Below, in pieces: positions 60,261-64,000 of a DNA stretch of 64,000 nucleotides. The DNA lies in the NCBI RefSeq assembly GCF_964204645.1, contig NC_134032.1, forward strand, positions 6,746,275-6,810,274, written 5' to 3'. Both the position numbers and the translations under genes were made by a program. Every line of letters starts with the position of its first letter. Position 1 is the first letter of the stretch. Under the pieces are notes generated by a model. The model was not told the DNA's origin and did no database searches. It saw only the letters and a program-made list of their open reading frames with translations. Source of the DNA: Tubulanus polymorphus. Taxonomy: Eukaryota > Animalia > Nemertea.

Positions 60261-60974
60261 TCAAAAATTACGTCTCAATGACGTCTTTTTGCACATTTTG
60301 TTGGCGTCAATCTAACGTCATCCTATAACCTCAACTTAACGTCATTTTCAACGTATATCTAATGTCATTAATAGTCATCCTACAACGTTTATTCCAACGT
60401 CATTTTCAACGTATATCTAACGTTATTTTCAACATATATCTAACGTAATTTCATGTCGTGTATGGTAGTAGAGATTATTGTCAAATCCTCAAATAAATCA
60501 AATGTGTCACATCAAGGCAATTAGCAATACAATTGTTACGGACATATGTGACACATAGACCCGACTGGATAATTCAAAGGTGGCATCGATAAATTAAGCA
60601 CTGCATGACCTAATTGATCAAAAATTACGTCTCAATGACTTCTTTTTGCACATTTTGTTGGCGTCAATCTAACGTCCTCCTACAACCTCAACTTAACGTC
60701 ATTTTTAACGTATATCTAATGTCATTAATAGTCATCCTACAACGTTTATTCCAACGTCATTTTCAACGTATATCTAACGTTATTTTCAACGTATATCTAA
60801 CGTAATTTCATGTCGTGTATGGTAGTAGACCTTATTGTCAAATCCTCAAATAAATCAAACGTGTCACATCAAGGCAATTAGCAATACAAATGTTACGGAC
60901 ATATGTGACACATAGACCCGACTGGATAATTCAAAGGTGGCACTGATAAATTTAGTGCTGCATGACCTAATTGA
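60261..60974. repeat. 357-bp tandem duplication
   Basis: TCAAAAATTACGTCTCAATGA...CATGACCTAATTGA begins at 60261 and again at 60618; internal AACGT repeats. Confidence 0.92.
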
Positions 60975-61996
60975 AAATACAGATTAAACAATTATATTTA
61001 TATTGAAGAATTTATATTTAATAAAGGTATAAAAGTCTTATAAAAGATACATGTACTTGTAATCAACATGTTTCTAAAAAATAATTTATACAAATTTCTC
61101 TCACATCTATGCAAAATTGTCTTATGTAGCCCTATACAGCATTAACTTGCAATCAATATGTTTCTTAAAAATTATCTCTACAAATTTCTCTCACATAACC
61201 CTATACAGCATTAACTTGCAATCAACATGTTTCATGAAAATCATCTATACAAATTTGTCTTATATAGTTAACTTACGAACAATATGTATCATAAGTTGTT
61301 TGATTGCTCAAGAATCTGACAATTCACTGCCCCTGAACCAAGTTCACAGTTGTGAATTAGGGTTAAAATTAGTTCATTTTTAATGAGTGAACTCTCAGTC
61401 AAATCTTAATTCAGAACTGTGGAACTGGGTCCAGGTTAACAGATACCATTACCAAACCTTGAAAACTCTTTACATTCATTGAACATGTCACGAAGTACAA
61501 CTTTGCAATTGTTTGTGGTTGCAAAAAAATGCATCGGTACCAATGTAAATAGACAAATTGTATAATACCTAATTGCGACGGATGCCTTATCACAGCCAAA
61601 AATGGTTTTATTTATGGTGCATAATTAAGAAAGCATAATTGTTGGGTAGATACTAGAAAAGCGACTCAACTTATCGAACTGAACAGTTGATGGTGCGAAT
61701 GATACTAGTCGCTCCCAACACTACGGCACTTACAATCTGTTAAGGCTCTTTTCGAGCCTAAAATTACTGGATTCCCTCTACGGATGAACGGATGTACGAA
61801 AAGTAACGCAATAGCCCGACGGACAATCAGTGCAGTAGCCTGCTGGGACTTAAGTCCCAAGTGGTCAGTATCTAAACAAATTTTTCTGCTAGCTTTATAC
61901 ACATACATAACATTAACTTGCAAACAATAATATGCATCTTACGGAACAAATTTGATTGTATTAGAGAATTGAATTTAAGAACATTCCTATTAGTAT

Positions 61997-62577
61997 GGCC
62001 ACACAAAGAAATACCCTAGTTTCTCATCAGATCTTTTTCTGGAAAGTGATTAGGGCGAGCGAATTTTATTTTTATTGCTTTTTTTAGATAAAAGAAGTTG
62101 AAATAAAAAGCTCATCCTGAGACTTGAAGAGACACGGGAGGGAAGTTTTTATTTACTAATGCCAAACAAATACCAGTAATGCAAGTAGAACATATGCAAA
62201 AAACTTAATTTATATTAAGAAGCTCCCTTAACCTATAAAATAAAACTATAATGTCACATTTAATCGAAACTAAGACAAACATTTTCGCTATTTTACGCTT
62301 CTTCGAAATGATTTAAGATGAAATGAACCTGCCGCTGTTGTTGTCACCTAAAATGTGGATTAGCGGACTATATAAACGTCTGCAGAAAAAAACCCACTGT
62401 CTTACATTATACAGCTATACGGGCGGGTGGGTTTTAACTTTAATAGAAAAAAATTAAGATTTATGCTTAGCCGATGCGGGCGAGTGTATTTGGCTTTTTA
62501 ATTTTTATTGGGGACTTTTTTATGACGCGGGCGACATTTGACTTTCTGGAGAAACTAGGGTACTTCTTTGTGTGGCC
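61997..62577. mobile_element. MITE, ~580 bp, GG...CC termini (Zator/Harbinger-like)
   Basis: TIRs GGCCACACAAAGAAATACCCTAGTTTCTC / GAGAAACTAGGGTACTTCTTTGTGTGGCC (1 mismatch); flanks TAT and TAA. Confidence 0.8.
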
Positions 62578-63098
62578 TAACATTGATGAACCCAGTCCCA
62601 CAGATACATCGACCTGATATACTGCCTATATCATAAATCACCTTTGTGGGCATAAAGCTGGGGTTTACTGTAGTTTAAAATGTATATTGTACCGGTAATT
62701 GTTTGATTGCATTAATTGGTTGAAATACTAGATATGGCAAAATCGATGACAATACGTAAGAGTAATTTTCTATCAAGCCAAACAAATGCAGACCAGACCA
62801 CCTGAAATCTCTAATTTTGAGTGGTTTTCACAAAAAAGAGAAATTTCATAAATAGTAGTTTGATTCAACATGAACTAGAAAACCATTCAATAAGAGCAAT
62901 TATTTTGAAATTTTGGATAGTATATTGAGCTCTAAGAAACAGTTAAAATCTACTATGAAATAATAGTTGTAGTCAAGGTCAGCAAAAAATGGCCATATGT
63001 CAATCAAATACTGATACTTACAAAAAAAACTTGCCATTAAATGTCCGTAAAAATTTAAAAAAATACAAAGTACTTCTGTAAGGCAATATGTCAAATAG

Positions 63099-63913
63099 AA
63101 CTAGGGGTCCAGGGACACCATGCCCACTTAGGAAGTGGGTTGAAATGCTCAACAAACAGAAAATATTCAATACTAAGAAATGATAAGTTATTCGGCTATT
63201 CAACGCCCCTAGTGACCATATACAAGTACCAATGACCTTGAAACTCACCGCAATCATAGAACATGTCACGAGCTACAATTTGGCAATTCATTGACTAAAA
63301 GTCGAAACCTGTCGATATTTTCCTCAAAAAACCTTTTTTCATCTACAAATGAGGACTGATGACACTTAGATGGCTGCCGATTGCGTCACGCTTGACTGAT
63401 CAGAGAATCTGTCTGATATGTTTTAGAGCCTTTCTTAAAATATAACCATCACGGATTTCAATGAAAAATGGCAAACCATTCGGAAGCTACAGGTCTCGGA
63501 ATTCGGGGCAAAAATGACCGTGTTGGGCACAAAAAAGGTCACACGACGGCCATCTTGGGTCCAACCGACCCAATTTTTCGTAAGATGGTGCACCATGGGG
63601 GGATACAAATATATGTGAAAGATTATGATAATTGATCCAAGCGTTTTCGAAATTTCCCTTGATAACTTCAAAAATGTGTAAAAAGTGCTGATTTTGGCGA
63701 ACAACAATGACTGCCAGTCAGCCATCTTGATTCTGAGTTTTTGGCAGAAGATGTATCTAGGGTAGATACATGTATAAACCAAAGATCAAGACAATCCATT
63801 AAGCATCTTCAAAACTTCCCAAAATAACTGAATTCTGTTTACGGACGGACGGACGACGAACAAAAAGTGAACGCAATAGCCCGCTGGGACTAAAGTCCCA
63901 AGTGGGCTTAAAA
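63099..63913 (-). mobile_element. HINE/DINE-1-like element, reverse orientation, about one internal repeat
   Basis: Reverse complement of 29981-32243: AACTAGGGGTCCAGGGACACCATGCCCACTTAGGA ... (GGAC)n ... GGGACTAAAGTCCCAAGTGGGC. Confidence 0.88.
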
Positions 63914-64000
63914 TCACTTTCCTCTCCTATGCTCCATCACAGTCACCAGCAACTTGTCTGTTTTGTTGAAGCTGCTTATTTTTTGGATTTGATTCGGTCA

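Overview
AT-rich eukaryotic (probably invertebrate) DNA made almost entirely of mobile elements; no host gene can be supported. The centrepiece is a full-length 18.3-kb Polinton/Maverick (adintovirus-like endogenous dsDNA virus) at 7782-26082 with ~458-bp TIRs and a 6-bp CATGTA target-site duplication. It encodes pPolB, penton, major capsid protein, packaging ATPase, integrase-chromodomain, an HNH nuclease and several unknown ORFs; five genes are broken. It has three unusual properties. (i) The outer 266 bp of each TIR is an imperfect palindrome (hairpin with discrete bubbles) carrying poxvirus-early-promoter-like AAAAATGAAAAA motifs. (ii) 14 of ~17 genes start in an identical WATAAATG context, preceded by a T-run or an A-rich box, as in poxvirus late/intermediate promoters. 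(iii) One terminal gene instead looks like a spliced host-Pol II gene. Together these suggest (inference) an integrated virophage-like parasite of a pox-like cytoplasmic virus that may replicate through terminal hairpins. The rest of the window contains decayed BEL/Pao and DIRS-like retroelements, three Helentron-associated (HINE/DINE-1-like) elements, a ~60-bp satellite, two hAT-derived MITEs with 6- and 7-bp TSDs, a RAG1/Transib-like transposase with an embedded PHD finger whose 3' part is amplified as a 5-copy ~2.18-kb tandem array, a Kolobok-type transposon with an intact ORF, a CR1/L2-group LINE and small repeats.
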